Source: Eledone cirrhosa (lineage: Eukaryota). From it: a stretch of 64,000 nt of DNA. The notes under the pieces are model-generated. The model had not been told where the DNA came from. It made no database searches and worked only from the letters and a program-made list of their open reading frames with translations. The DNA lies in contig OZ024743.1 in assembly GCA_964016885.1 (NCBI GenBank), forward strand, positions 87,358,001 to 87,422,000, in the 5' to 3' direction. This document shows positions 36,372 through 49,270 of the stretch, one piece after another. A program made the translations under genes and the position numbers. Positions within the stretch are counted from its first letter, which is position 1. Each line of letters starts with the position of its first letter.

Positions 36372-39300
36372 GTCAGGTCACCAGTTGGTGCTACTGGTAA
36401 CATGTATCCCAGTACAACCTGTCCCATGGTCGGGTCGTTGGCGACTAAACTGGCAACCCCACCAAGGTTTCTTGGTGAGGAGGGTGACTTTGGACATCCT
36501 GCAGGACTAAAAACAAAACCTGTCAAAGGGCAAAGGAGCTCTTAAGAGTCAATGGCCATCCAAAATCACCGGGAGAGATGACCCCTTAGCCTTTGTCAAG
36601 GCAGAATTCTAGGAGAAGGAAAACTCTGATGGTATCCAATGATGTTGACTTGTTCTTCTTTTTGGTAAATATCATCTTGGTTAAGAGAGTGGGACTGGCT
36701 TTGCGCAGTGCCTTTGCTCACTATAAAAGCTTCACGGCACAGGTATTGCTTTATATCTGGAGATCTCTCTGCACTTATCATCTTGATGTGGAACTCTGGC
36801 TGGCTGTAGCCTAAAAAGGCAAACTACATTACAATGAAGGTACCTAACACAATTGAAGTAAATGGCTATAAGGGCTCTGGATCAGCATCATGTGAAAGGG
36901 TCTTGCCCGGCAGGTGTCCCAGGGCGCCGCAGTCTGGGCCCAGTCGTCATCAGTCTACTGTGTGTAAACCACTCAATTTTGCGTGCTGGAATGTGCGTAC
37001 TTTGCTTGATATTGAAACAAATGTACAGCGACCTGAAAGAAGATCGGCATTGGTTGTCAAGGAGCTCAGGCGTTATGATATGGATGTTGTGGCCCTCTCA
37101 GAAACTCGATTTCATGGTGAGGGCCATTTCACAGAGAAGTCCGGTGGATATACGTTTTTCTGGAGGGGAAGGAAGGAGGGGGGGGGGGGGGGGGCTGGTG
37201 TCGCTTTTGCCATAAAAACAGTTATAACAGACCATCTTCAGGAGCTTCCGACAGGCGTTAGTGACAGACTGATCACTGTGAGAGTTCCTCTAGAGGGTGG
37301 AAGATATGCAACCGTGATTGGTGCTTATGCACCAATTATGGAATGCATTGATGAAGCAAAGCAGGCTTTTTATGACGAATTAAAGTCTCTTGTCTGGAAA
37401 GTGCCTGGAGCAGACACAATTTTCATTCTTGGAGATTTTAATGCTCACGTGGGCCGTGATTGTGAGACCTGGAGAGCTCTGGGCAAGCATGGGGTCGGAA
37501 AGTGCAATGGCAATGGACTCTTGTTATTGTAAATGTGCACTGAGCTGGACTTGTTCATTGGCAGCACTATGTTCCAACAGAAGGACAAATACAAGACAAC
37601 ATGGATGCATCCTGGATCGAAACAGTGGCACCTGATTGATTATGTCCTTGTGAGGCGGCGGGATGTACAGGATCTGTGCAGTGTTCGTGTGATGCGTGGA
37701 GCAGAGTGTTGGACCGACCATCGTCTGGTGAGAACAAGAGCAATATGTGTAGTTCGTAAAAGGGAGAAACAGCGAGAGGTATCACTTCCGAAACGGCTGA
37801 ACGTTACCCGTCTGAAGGATCCTGAAGTCAGAGAAAATCTGGTTAAAAAGATGGATGCATTAGAGTGCGGAAATGACTGGACTTCCTTTAAGGAGGCAGT
37901 TTATGGGGAATGTGCTGATGTTGGATTCGCGGATAAGAAGCATCAGGATTGGTTTGACCAAAATGACAAGCTTATAGACAAGCTTTTGGAGGAGAAACAT
38001 ATGCTCCATTCCGCATTGCTTGGTAGTGATTTAAGCACCGATCGGCAGAAGACAATCGCTGATAAGCTGAAGCTCGTAAAAGCTGATGTGCAACGAAAAT
38101 TGCGTGAAATGAAGAATAAGTGGTGGAATGACAAAGCCGATGAAATACAACTTGCGTCGGATGTGAAGGACGTTAAGGCAATGTATAATCTTCTTCATGA
38201 AGTGTATGGACCACCTACATCACCAGTTGCGCCTGTTAGGACAAAGGATGGCAATCAGCTCCTTAGAGATCCCAATGATATCCTGTTGAGATGGCGGGAA
38301 CACTTTGACGAGCTTCTCAATATGGATTCATAGGTTGACGAAGAATTTATCAGGTCCATACCTGATAAGCCAGTAAAGGAAATCCTTGCTGAGCCTCCAA
38401 CGATCGAGGAGGTTAAAAGTGCTGTCAGGAAACTCAATGGTGGGAAGTCGCCTGGATTGGATGGGCTGTATGCTGAGATCTTGAAGCACGGTGGAGAGAA
38501 TCTCTTGCACAGACTTCATTCTTTGGTTCTGGATGCCTGGAACAACAATCATATACCCGATGACTGGAAGGATGCTGTGATGGTTGTTTTGTACAAGAGG
38601 AAGGGAGACAGGGATAACTGCGGAAACTATCGTGGGATATCAGTGTTGTCTGTTGTCGGCAAAGTTCTCTGTAGAATTCTGATGGACCGTTTATTGCTCC
38701 ACATTGCTGATGAAGCTCTACCAGAGTCGCAATCGGGTTTTCGGGCTGACAACTGCAGGAAAAGTGTGTTGATCAGAATGTGGATCTCTACCAGGTGTTT
38801 GTTGATCTGACAAAGGCGTTTGACACGGTCAACAGAAAGGCTTTATGGGATATCCTGAGGAAGCTGGGGGTGCTCTGAGAAGTTTGTTTCCATTTTGCGT
38901 TTGTTTCATGATGACATGAATGCATGGGTAAATGTTGGTGGAAAGCTCTCTGAGCCGGTGACGGTCGAAATGGAATCAAACAGGGTGACATTCCAGCTCC
39001 AACGCTCTTTGCTTTGTACTTCTCCATTGTCTTTGAACAGGCCTTCGGGAACTACAATTATGGTATATATGTTCGCTATCGATCAACTGGAAAGCTGTTT
39101 AATATCAGGAGGGTCAATGCTAAGTCAAAGGTTCACTTGTCACTAATCAGGGATTTGCTTTATGCAGATGACTGTGACCTGGTAGCGCACATGGAGATTG
39201 ATATGCAGCATCTCATGGATGCATTTTCTAATGCGTGTACTGCATTGGGACTTACCATAAGCCTGAAAAAGACAGTAGCCATGTACCAACCAGCCCCTGG

Positions 39301-40388
39301 GAAGCCATGTTGTGAGCCCAACATCTTGGTTTATGGTGAAAGGCTAAGGGTCGTTGGCAGTTTTGTATATCTTGGAAGCACTCTGAGTATGTCCTGCGAT
39401 CTTGATGGGGGAATATCAAACAGGATACAGAAAGCCAGTGATGCGTTTGGAAAACTGAACAAGCGTCTCTGGTCTCAACACGGAATTTCGGTAAAGACAA
39501 AGCTCAAAGTGTATCATGCGTGTGTGCTCGCGGCACTTTATGCTTGTGAGACGTGGGTGGTCTACCGTAGACAGATGAAGCGACTTGAGAGGTTCCACCA
39601 GTACTGTTTACGTCGGATCCTTGGCATAACTTGGCAAATGTTTGTCAGTGACGACGAGTTCTGGACAGAAGTGGCTGTGATAGTGTCCAGTCCTTGAATT
39701 TGAAACATCAGCTGCGCTGGACAGGCCATCTTGTAAGGATGAATGACAAGCGAATGCCGAAGCAGCTGCTTTATGGCGAGCTCCAAATGGGAAAAAGGAA
39801 CGCGAGCAAACCCAAGATGCGTTTTAAGGACTGTATCAAGGGGGCGCTCAAGAAAAGTAACATCCCTTGTGAGCACTGGGAAGCATGTGCTAGCGACCGA
39901 TCGCATTGGAGGAAAGCAGTGGCTAGTGGTAAGAGTCTATATGAGGAAACAAGAAGGCACGCGACACTAAAAAGAGATGTCCAGAAAGGAATCCATGTTA
40001 GCCTTCCCGAAGGCACTGACAGACGACCTGACCTGACATGTGAGACCTGTAATAGGGTTTGTCTGAGCATGGCAGGTCTAAAGAGTCACCTGAGAGTGCA
40101 CAAGAACAGGGAAGCAGGCACCTGTGGAGCTATAAGTGTTCATCAGACGACGACATGTAATGTCTGTGGAAGGGTATGCAGGTCGAGTAGTGATCTCACA
40201 CGACACCTTGGGTCACATGGTACCATGGGCCCAGCACTAGGTGTCAATAATTGTCACAAGTATCGTGTTTGTACCAGAGTTTTCAAGTCGCTGGCTGGAC
40301 TAAAATGTCACACTCGTTCAGCAGTAGGGGTTCTCCTACATGGATATAAAGTAGTGGCCGTACTCGAAAGCGAGTTGGCAGCCACCAT
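36372..40388 (+). mobile_element. Full-length RTE (BovB-like) LINE: 5' UTR, APE endonuclease, RT and three C-terminal C2H2 fingers; inactivated by stops and frameshifts
   Basis: ORF pieces 36834-37532 (WNVRTL, ALSETR, GDFNAH), 37533-38333 (IDYVLV, TDHRLV), 38457-38810 (NYRGIS), 39014-39697 (LLYADD, FVYLG), 39694 onward (LRWTGH, CETC..H...H, CNVC..H...H); ends GGCAGCCACCAT plus TA/TG tail. Confidence 0.96.
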
Positions 40389-40831
40389 ATATTGTGTGTA
40401 TATATATATATATAGTGTATATATATATTCTTTTAATTTATACATTATCTTCCAACGGTTTTCAACCTCTCTATGTAAAACAATATATCTTTCTCAGTTA
40501 TAAAAACTATCTCTCTCTCTCTATCACCCATCTCTCCTCCTATCTCCTCCTTCCTCATTATACTCCTCCCTCCCCACCTTCACTCTCATCTCCTCCTCTT
40601 TTTTCACCCCCCCCCCTAAATAAAATATTTTTTCCCAATATCACACATCAATCTAAAACTACTTCTCATATGTTGATTTAAAACTGAACTATCCACAAGT
40701 GTTTTTTAGCCTTCATATCATGTCCTCCTGTTTTATCTGATGAAAACACAAATATTATTGCATGATGATATTTGTTTTTGAAATGCGCATAATAAAATAC
40801 ATGGAACTCCTTTAACCATCTTTTGTTCTTA

Positions 40832-40943
<112 letters not shown>

Positions 40944-42926
40944 TTAGTATCATAAATAAGAGACAGTTTAGTTTGTACATTTTTTTACAGCATTCCTTTA
41001 TACGTATATATATACGTATATATACATACATAAACATGTTATTTACAGTTGTATAAAAAAGAAGTATAATTGTTTCTACTTTTGGCACAAGGCCAGCAAT
41101 TATTCCAGTACATTACTGGTACTTTATTATATATAATATATATAATACGACATTTCTCTCTCTTTCTTACTCTGTCTTTTTAGATAGATACATAGCTATA
41201 ACGTCGCGCGCTTATAATATCTGTCTGTATGTCTGCCTGTCTGCATTGACTTCGCTTCTAACCAGTATTACTTAGTACAGTATTACTGTTGAAAATATGT
41301 ACACGTATATATATGATTATATATTCGTGTACATATTTTCAACAGTAATACTGTACTATATATTTTCAACAGTAATACTATACTATATATTTTCAACAGT
41401 AGTACTGTACTATATATTTTCAACAGTAATACTATACTATATAATTTCAACAGTAGTACTGTACTATATATTTTCAACAGTAATACTGTACTATATATTT
41501 TCAACAGTAATACTGTACTATATATTTTCAACAGTAGTACTGTACTATATATTTTCAACAGTAATACTGTACTACATATTTTCAACAGCACTACTATAAA
41601 ATACTATATATTTTCCACAGTAATACTGTACTACACTATATATTTTCAACAGTAATACTGTACTATATATTTTCAACATCAATACTGTACTATACTATAT
41701 ATTTTCAACAGTAATACTATACTATACTATACATTTTCAACAGTAATACTATACTATATATTTTCAAAAGTAATACTGTACTATACTATATATTTCAACA
41801 GTAATACTGTACTATACTATATATTTTCAACAGTAATACTATATGTTTTCAATAGTAATATTATACTATATATTTTCAACAGTAATACTATACTATATAT
41901 TTTCAACAGTAATACTATACTATATAATTTCAACAGCAATACTGTACTATATATTTTCAACACTAACACTATACCATATATTTTCAACAGTAATACTATA
42001 CCATATATTTTCAACAGTAATACTGTACTATACTATATATTTTCAACAGTAATACTATACTATATATTTTCAACAGTAATACTGTACTATATATTCTCAA
42101 CAGTAATACTATACTATATATTTTCAACAGTAATACTATACTATATATTTTCAACAGTAATACTATACTATATAATTTCAACAGTAATACTGTACTATAT
42201 ATTTTCAACAGTAATACTGTACTATATATTTTCAACAGTAATACTATACTATATATTTTCAACAGTAATACTATACTATATAATTTCAACAGTAATACTG
42301 TACTATACTATATATTTTCAACAGTAATACTATATGTTTTCAATAGTAATATTATACTATATATTTTCAACAGTAATACTATACTATATATTTTCAACAG
42401 TAATACTATACTATATAATTTCAACAGTAATACTGTACTATATATTTTCAACACTAACACTATACCATATATTTTCAACAGTAATACTATACCATATATT
42501 TTCAACAGTAATACTGTACTATACTATATATTTTCAACAGTAATACTATACTATATATTTTCAACAGTAATACTGTACTATATATTCTCAACAGTAATAC
42601 TATACTATATATTTTCAACAGTAATACTATACTATATATTTTCAACAGTAATACTATACTATATATTTTCAACAGTAATACTATACTATATAATTTCAAC
42701 AGTAATACTGTACTATATATTTTCAACAGTAATACTGTACTATATATTTTCAACAGTAATACTATACTATATATTTTCAACAGTAATACTATACTATATA
42801 ATTTCAACAGTAATACTGTACTATATATTTTCAACAGTAATACTATACTATATATTTTCAACACTAACACTATACCATATATTTTCAACAGTAATACTAT
42901 ACTATATGTTTTCAACGGTAATATTA

Positions 42927-43777
42927 TCTATATATCTAAAACAGAGAATGTCTGTCTGTCTGTCTCCCTAAAACTCGAGAACCACCCTACCGATTTTTTC
43001 AAACTTTACGCATGTAATACTTATGGTCGTGTGAGTGTTTTGAGCAAAAAATATTTCGAATATTCAATGGACTAGGGACCGCATTAGGCGAAAAACCGCA
43101 TATTTTAGGCTTTAAAGTCTTTTTTGAGGCATAACGGGACAATAATCCAGGCGATTTCTTCAAATTTTGCATTACTTATGTCGTTTAAAGTGTTTTGAGC
43201 AAAAAAGATTTTATAATTTTTTGCCCCAGGGACCGCATTAGACGAAAAACCGATTTTTTGAAGCATTTGGGTTGCGTTAGGGCTTGTAACTCGAGAGGTA
43301 CCCAACCGATTTTTTTAAAACTTTGCATATGCATTACTTATGTTTCACAAACTTTCTTGACTGAAAAATATTTCAAATTTTTGCCCGGGAACCGCATTGT
43401 GTAGCATTTTGGTTGCGTTAGGGCCTGTAACCTTAAAAGTATCGAACTAAATTCCTTCATGCTCTCCACTACTGCAGTCCCACATGCTTACTGCTCTGTA
43501 ACTATTGCTTTCATTGTACCATAGCACAACAAATACATGTTCTGTTTGTCGAATGCCTTTTTACTTAACCCTATCGTCTTGGCTTTCGTGGGTTGAACAT
43601 TTTACTCTCAGGCACCCAATTAAATTAAACCCTTGGTAATCTACAACGAATTTTTTTTATAAGCACAAAATATAGACACCATCCCCAGGCCGTACTTCTC
43701 TGTACTGTTTCAGAAAAGAGGGATAAACATTCCAATCTATGTTTAGAATCCCGAGCAACGCCGGGCCATTCTGCTAG
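42927..43777 (+). mobile_element. Non-autonomous Helitron
   Basis: 5' TCTATATATCTAAAACAGAGAATGTCTGTCTG; 3' hairpin CCCGAGCAACGCCGGG then CTAG; inserted between A and T without TSD. Confidence 0.9.
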
Positions 43778-43842
43778 TACTATATATTTTCAACAGTAAT
43801 ACTATATATATACTATACTATATATTTTCAACAGTAATACTA

Positions 43843-44351
43843 TCTATATATATAAAACTGAGGATGTCTGTCTGTGTGTGTGTGAGTTTGAATCCCTAAA
43901 ACTAGAGAACCACCCAACCGACTGTTTTCAAACTTTACACATGTAATACTTGTTTCAGGGAGTGTTCTGAGCAAAAGAAATTTCAAATTTTCAATGTCCT
44001 AGGGACCGCATTAGGCGGTTTAGCGATCTCTCTCTATAATTCTTAGTATTTCTCTTTTTAGATAGATACATACATATAACGTCGCGCCCTTATAATATCT
44101 GTCTGTATGTCTGGCTGTCTGCTGCCTCCGGTTATTCTGCCACCCTTGCTCAAGACAAATCTCACACTCATTCCCCAAACAGTTGGCAAGTGCACACAAC
44201 TTCTTCCTCTCGTTTTAATCCACAGTGCTGCTTACTTACATACCACCAGACCCTTATTTCTTTGCCAGCCGTGGTTGTGGCAATACTAAGCTTACTAAGG
44301 CGGTTATATATTTCACAATACCTTATCCCGTGCAACGCCGGGTACCACTAG
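43843..44351 (+). mobile_element. Non-autonomous Helitron
   Basis: 5' TCTATATATATAAAACTGAGGATGTCTG; 3' CCCGTGCAACGCCGGG..CTAG; A|T target. Confidence 0.9.
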
Positions 44352-44502
44352 TACTATACTATATATTTTCAACAGTAATACTATACTATACTATACTATA
44401 CTATATATTTTCAACAGTAATACTATAATATTTATATATGTTCAACAGTAATTCCGAAGAACACGCCAATGGTAGCGGGGCGCTAGTCGGACGGGCCAGC
44501 TA

Positions 44503-44537
<35 letters not shown>

Positions 44538-44539
<2 letters not shown>

Positions 44540-46945
44540 GAAATGGAAGACTACTGAGAGACACCCTGCTGGAGGCGAACTTGATGGCGACCAACCTAAG
44601 GTTTAGGAAGAATCTGGGGAAGATGTGGACCTACATCTCAGATATGCACCTGTTCAAGTCCCAGATTGATTTCATTCTGGTGAGGAAAAAGTGGCGGAAT
44701 AGTGTTCTGAACACGTAACCATACAGCTATTTCAGTACACTTGGGTAGTGACCACCGGCTTGTTATGAGTGAGGTCCGCGTGAGCTTAAGAAAGAGCAAG
44801 GCTAAGCCCCGGAGAACAATCTATGACTGGGGAGCTTTCAAGGAAGATGATAAGCTACAGGAGAGGTTCACAGTGGAAGTGAGAAACAGGTTTAGTGCTC
44901 TGTGTGGAGAGTCAGAGGAGAGAGAGATTGGATGGACTGAGGAGAGTGTGACGAGGAGGTACGGGCACTTCACCAATGCAGTGGCGGAAGCAAGTGAAAC
45001 CCTGGTGCCGAGGAAAAAGAATAAAGGGAAGCACGTCAGCTCTGCAAACCCAAAAGTGTGTGCAGCCAGAGAGCACCTGAAAGCTGCCAGGGACCAATTC
45101 TATACTGATCCTACGGAGGAGGGGGTGGAGGTGATGAGGGAAGAGCTCTGTACCGCTTACACTGAGGTCAGAGAGGAGGAACTGATAGAGAAGATCAGAA
45201 GTGTGGAGAGAGCGGTTGACAGATCTGGATGTAAGGAGAGCTGGATGATCATCAACGAGATCACAGGGAGGAAGAGAAGGTGTTCGAGTCAGATCCAGGG
45301 AACGGGGCCCGAGGATAGGAAGAGAAAATGGCTAGACCATTTTAGGACCCTACTAGGAGAGCCACCCTCCACAGCCCAGAGCACTGGGGAGATCAGGCGG
45401 CTGTTTGAGGAACTGGATGTTGAGACAGAGCCCTTCACCAGAGAGGAGCTTCAGAGAGCCAAGAAGAGGATCAAGGAGGGCAAGGCTCATGGAGAAGATG
45501 GAGTGGCATCAGAGGTGATGAAGAGGTGTGATTTTGATGATATCATCCTGGGGTTCTGTAACGGGGCACTGGAGAAAGGAGTTGCCCCGAATCAGTGGAG
45601 GATCAGTAACATCGTCCCAGTGCCAAAGAAGGGAGATTTCTCTAACACCAACAACTACCGGGGGATCTCACTGACGTCACTTGTGGCAAATACCCTCAAC
45701 AGGATGATTCTTAACAGGATCCAGCCTGAGATGGAGAAGAAGCTCAGGGACAACCAGAACGGCTTCAGAGAGGGTAGATCAACCACCAGTCACATCCTGA
45801 TGCTGAGGAGGATATTAGAGGGAGCTAGAGCAAAGTGCCTTCCTGCGGTCATGGTTTTCATTGACTTTAGGAAGGCCTTTGATTCTGTGGACCGTTACTG
45901 CCTGATGAAGATCTTACAGGCTTATGGAATCCCCAAGAAGATAGTGGACCTGATATCACTGCTCTATACCAACACCAAAGCCCAAGTCATTACACTTGAT
46001 GGGATGACAGAGTTCTTTGAGATACTGGTTGGAGTGCTCCAGGGAGATACATTGGCTCCCTACCTTTTTATCATCGTAGTGGACTATTGTATGCGCCTTG
46101 CACTGGAGAAACACCAGGACTCTGGCTTTACTGTAGCACCGGCTCAGAGCAGGAGAGTTAGGGCGAAAAAGGTATCGGATGCTGAATTTGCCGAAGACAT
46201 AGTTTTGGTGACAAATACAGTGAAGGAGGCAGAGGATTTGATGCGGGAGGTTGAGACTGTGTCGATGAGTGTGGGGCTGAGAATGAATGAGACTAAAACA
46301 AAATATCTGGTAGAGAATGTTGAGAAGCCAGAGGGGATCACTAATGTAGGCGGGAAGCCGCTGGAATTGGTTGAGGACTTCCTGTATTTGGGAGCAAGGA
46401 TTGGGAATACGGAAGATGATGTGGTTGAGAGGAAGAGCAAGGCCTGGGCGGCGTGCCACAGCTTGAGATCGGTGTGGAAGTCGGACCTTCGTAGAGACCT
46501 GAAAATCCGCCTCTTCATTGCTGTAGTGGAGTCTGTGCTGCTGTATGGGTCTGAGACTTGGACACTGACCAAGAAACTCACTCAGATGGTGGATGGGTGC
46601 TACACGAGAATGCTGAGGATGGCTCTGAACATTAATCAGTATACACTGAGGATGAAAAACTCAGAGCTGTATGGGAGCATCCCAAAAGTCAGCTCAAAAG
46701 TGACACAGAGGAGACTGAGGTTGGCTGGACATGCTCACCGACATTCAGAGTTGACATTGCACTCAGTGCTCCTTTGGGAGCCCCTACATGGACACACTAG
46801 AAGAGGAAGACCAAGGTTAACGTATGTTGATGCCCTAAGGACAGACACTGGTCTGTTGGAGATGCAGGACATGGCAGCGATAATGAGGGACAGAGACCGC
46901 TGGAGAGAACTCGTCCATGGATCTCGGGAATTTTACCCGCCTTAG
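44538..46945 (+). mobile_element. 5'-truncated RTE/RTE-X-like LINE within (TA)n
   Basis: APE C-terminus (QIDFILV, GSDHRLV) and 734-aa RT ORF (NYRGISL, QNGFR, DFRKAFDS, GVLQGDTLAP, FAEDI in place of YADD, FLYLG, GRPRLTY); one upstream stop; TA repeats on both sides. Confidence 0.93.
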
Positions 46946-46949
46946 ATAG

Positions 46950-46996
<47 letters not shown>

Positions 46997-47362
46997 AATG
47001 AATGTATGTATAGTATATTCGGCAATACACTGTATGTTTAATTAAAAACATTTAGAAGACCATTCACTATGAGTTTTAAAGAAGTGATTCTGTCACTTAT
47101 TTTCGGCGAAAACAAAGGGAGAATGATTGACAGTCTATTTCTCGCTTGTTGGCGTATATGATAGATATGTATGTTACTATAGTTACAGGTGGTTAACCGA
47201 TTAAAGCATTCAATGCTGTTACAAGGGTCCGTCTCCTGTGGCATACATATTTCAGTGTACTCCGGGGTTAAGGCAGCTGTAACGTGCAGGGTGTAAATAC
47301 AAATAAGCAGGACAGAAGTCAAGGTTGCACCATAAATAAACTTTATTGTCATATGAAATAAA

Positions 47363-48430
47363 ATGTGTTTATGGCGAAACATTGGCCTATATCGCGTCGA
47401 CGGTCTTTCTTTAGCACGCGATTCCAACGGACACACGCTAGACAGGTTCCGTAAAGATTTAATAGACACTTTTATCACCCTATGGCTTAAGATCACAGTA
47501 GACTTGAACCTCAGTAGAGCGGACTTTCTTGTTGTCAACTTAAACCTATCAACAAGCAAACATAAGCCCTACCATAAGCTGAATGAAAGACTAAAATATA
47601 TTAATAAAGGATCCTGCCACTCTCCTATGGTTTTTAATAATCTAGTGCCTAATATTAGCCGTAGAATCTCCAACTTATCGTCTAATAAATATTTGAGAAA
47701 GCAACGCCGTAACAAGGCCCTCCGAGATAATGGATTCAGAAAAGTGATTAAATACATACCCAATAGACATCGATCTAATAATAAAAATAGAAAAAGAAAA
47801 ATGATCTGGTTTGCCCTTCTATACTCACTTAACGTAAGGAATAATGTAGATAATCTTGGACTTATTTGATAGACACTTTCCCCTACAACATGTACAGTAA
47901 GATCATGATTTGTTGCTCGGGGAGGATATCTTATTCTTGCTCACCATCAATGAGGTCCAAAATGACTGCAAAGAACAAACCAGATGTAAATCCAGGATGT
48001 TCTGCAGGATAAAATCTGACTTTCCACTACAACAAAATTGTAACGTAAAATCCGTCATCTACAAGCAGAGATTAAATATACTAACATCAACCAGCCAGAA
48101 ACCCGTGGAAAATATGTGGGTATGGTGCAGGACCGATTTAAACAAAAGTTCTATTCGGACTTCTCAGTCAGGCATCCCAATATGAAAACTAGCAGAGCGC
48201 TGGCAAAAGGTGTCTGGTAGCTAAAGGAAAAGGGAGTACTGCCTGATATAACATTGAAGGTGTTCAAGAAACGCCATACATAAATGGAACTAAGAGATGC
48301 CCACTCTGCCCCAGAGAAAAATTTAGGATTTTCCAAGGACTATACTCACCGTACAAATACCTTAACTCCAAGGCTGAAATTTTTAGACCATGTTTGCATC
48401 GGAAAAGTCCAACTGGAAATCCATACCCTA
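47363..48430 (+). mobile_element. Decayed Penelope-like element (RT + GIY-YIG region)
   Basis: IGLYRVDGL, DFLVVNLNL, YINKGSCHSP, ISRRISNLSSN, RKRKMIWF, PLQQNCNVKSVIYK. Confidence 0.85.
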
Positions 48431-48729
48431 AGATGCCCTCTCAACAGACCTGCGAAATTCTCCATGATTTTATTTTTCTGTTACATATATACGCACACGA
48501 AATTCACATATAACATACGATTCATATTTTTTTAGTGTTCAGGTTTTAATTTTTATTTTATTTTAAGAAACCTCTTAGAAGTAATTTAAGTTTTACAAAA
48601 TACTTTACACACTAGGTAATACACATACACTGGGTTGAGTTGTAGCCATCATGTATGTATGTATGTATGTATGTATGTATGTATGTATGTATGTATGTAT
48701 GTATGTATGTATGTATGTATGTATGTATG

Positions 48730-49198
48730 ACAAAACCTGTCAAAGGGCAAAGGAGCTCTTAAGAGTCAATGGCCATCCAAAATCACCGGGAGAGATGACC
48801 TCTTAGCCTTTGTCAAGGCAGAATTCTAGGAGAAGGAAAACTCTAATATAACACCTGCAACCCTGATGGTATCCAATGATGTTGACTTGTTCTTCTTTTT
48901 GGTAAATATCATCTTGGTTAAGAGAGTGGGACTGGCTTTGTGCAGTGCCTTTGCTCACTATAAAAGCTTCACGGCACAGGCATTGCTTTATATCTGGAGA
49001 TCTCTCTGCACTTGTCGTCACATGGTACCATGGGTCCAGCACTATGTATCAATAATTGTCACAAGTGTAGTGTTTGTACCAGAGTTTTCAAGTCGCTGGC
49101 TGGACTAAAAAGTCACACTCGTTCAGCGCATCGGTAGGGGTTCTCCTACATGGATATAAAGTAGTGGCCGTACTCGAAAACGAGTTGGTAGCCACCAT
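48730..49198 (+). mobile_element. Bipartite RTE-derived SINE, copy A (5'-truncated)
   Basis: Matches LINE ~36513-36778 fused to ~40213-40388; (TATG)n on both sides. Confidence 0.93.
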
Positions 49199-49270
49199 GT
49201 ATGTATGTATGTATGTATGTATGTATGTATGTATGTATGTATGTATGTATGTATGTATGTATGTGTGTAT

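Larger units (their letters stand above)
41283..44452. repeat. 27-bp AT-rich minisatellite, interrupted by two Helitrons
   Basis: Unit TATATTTTCAACAGTAATACT(A/G)TACTA; main block 41283-42926, resuming at 43778-43842 and 44352-44452; 491-bp higher-order duplication (41817/42308). Confidence 0.96.

Noticed and set aside
41283-42926. CRISPR-like appearance and LLLKIYS ORFs
   Set aside because: Head-to-tail 27-bp units with no unique spacers, no cas genes and a eukaryotic context.
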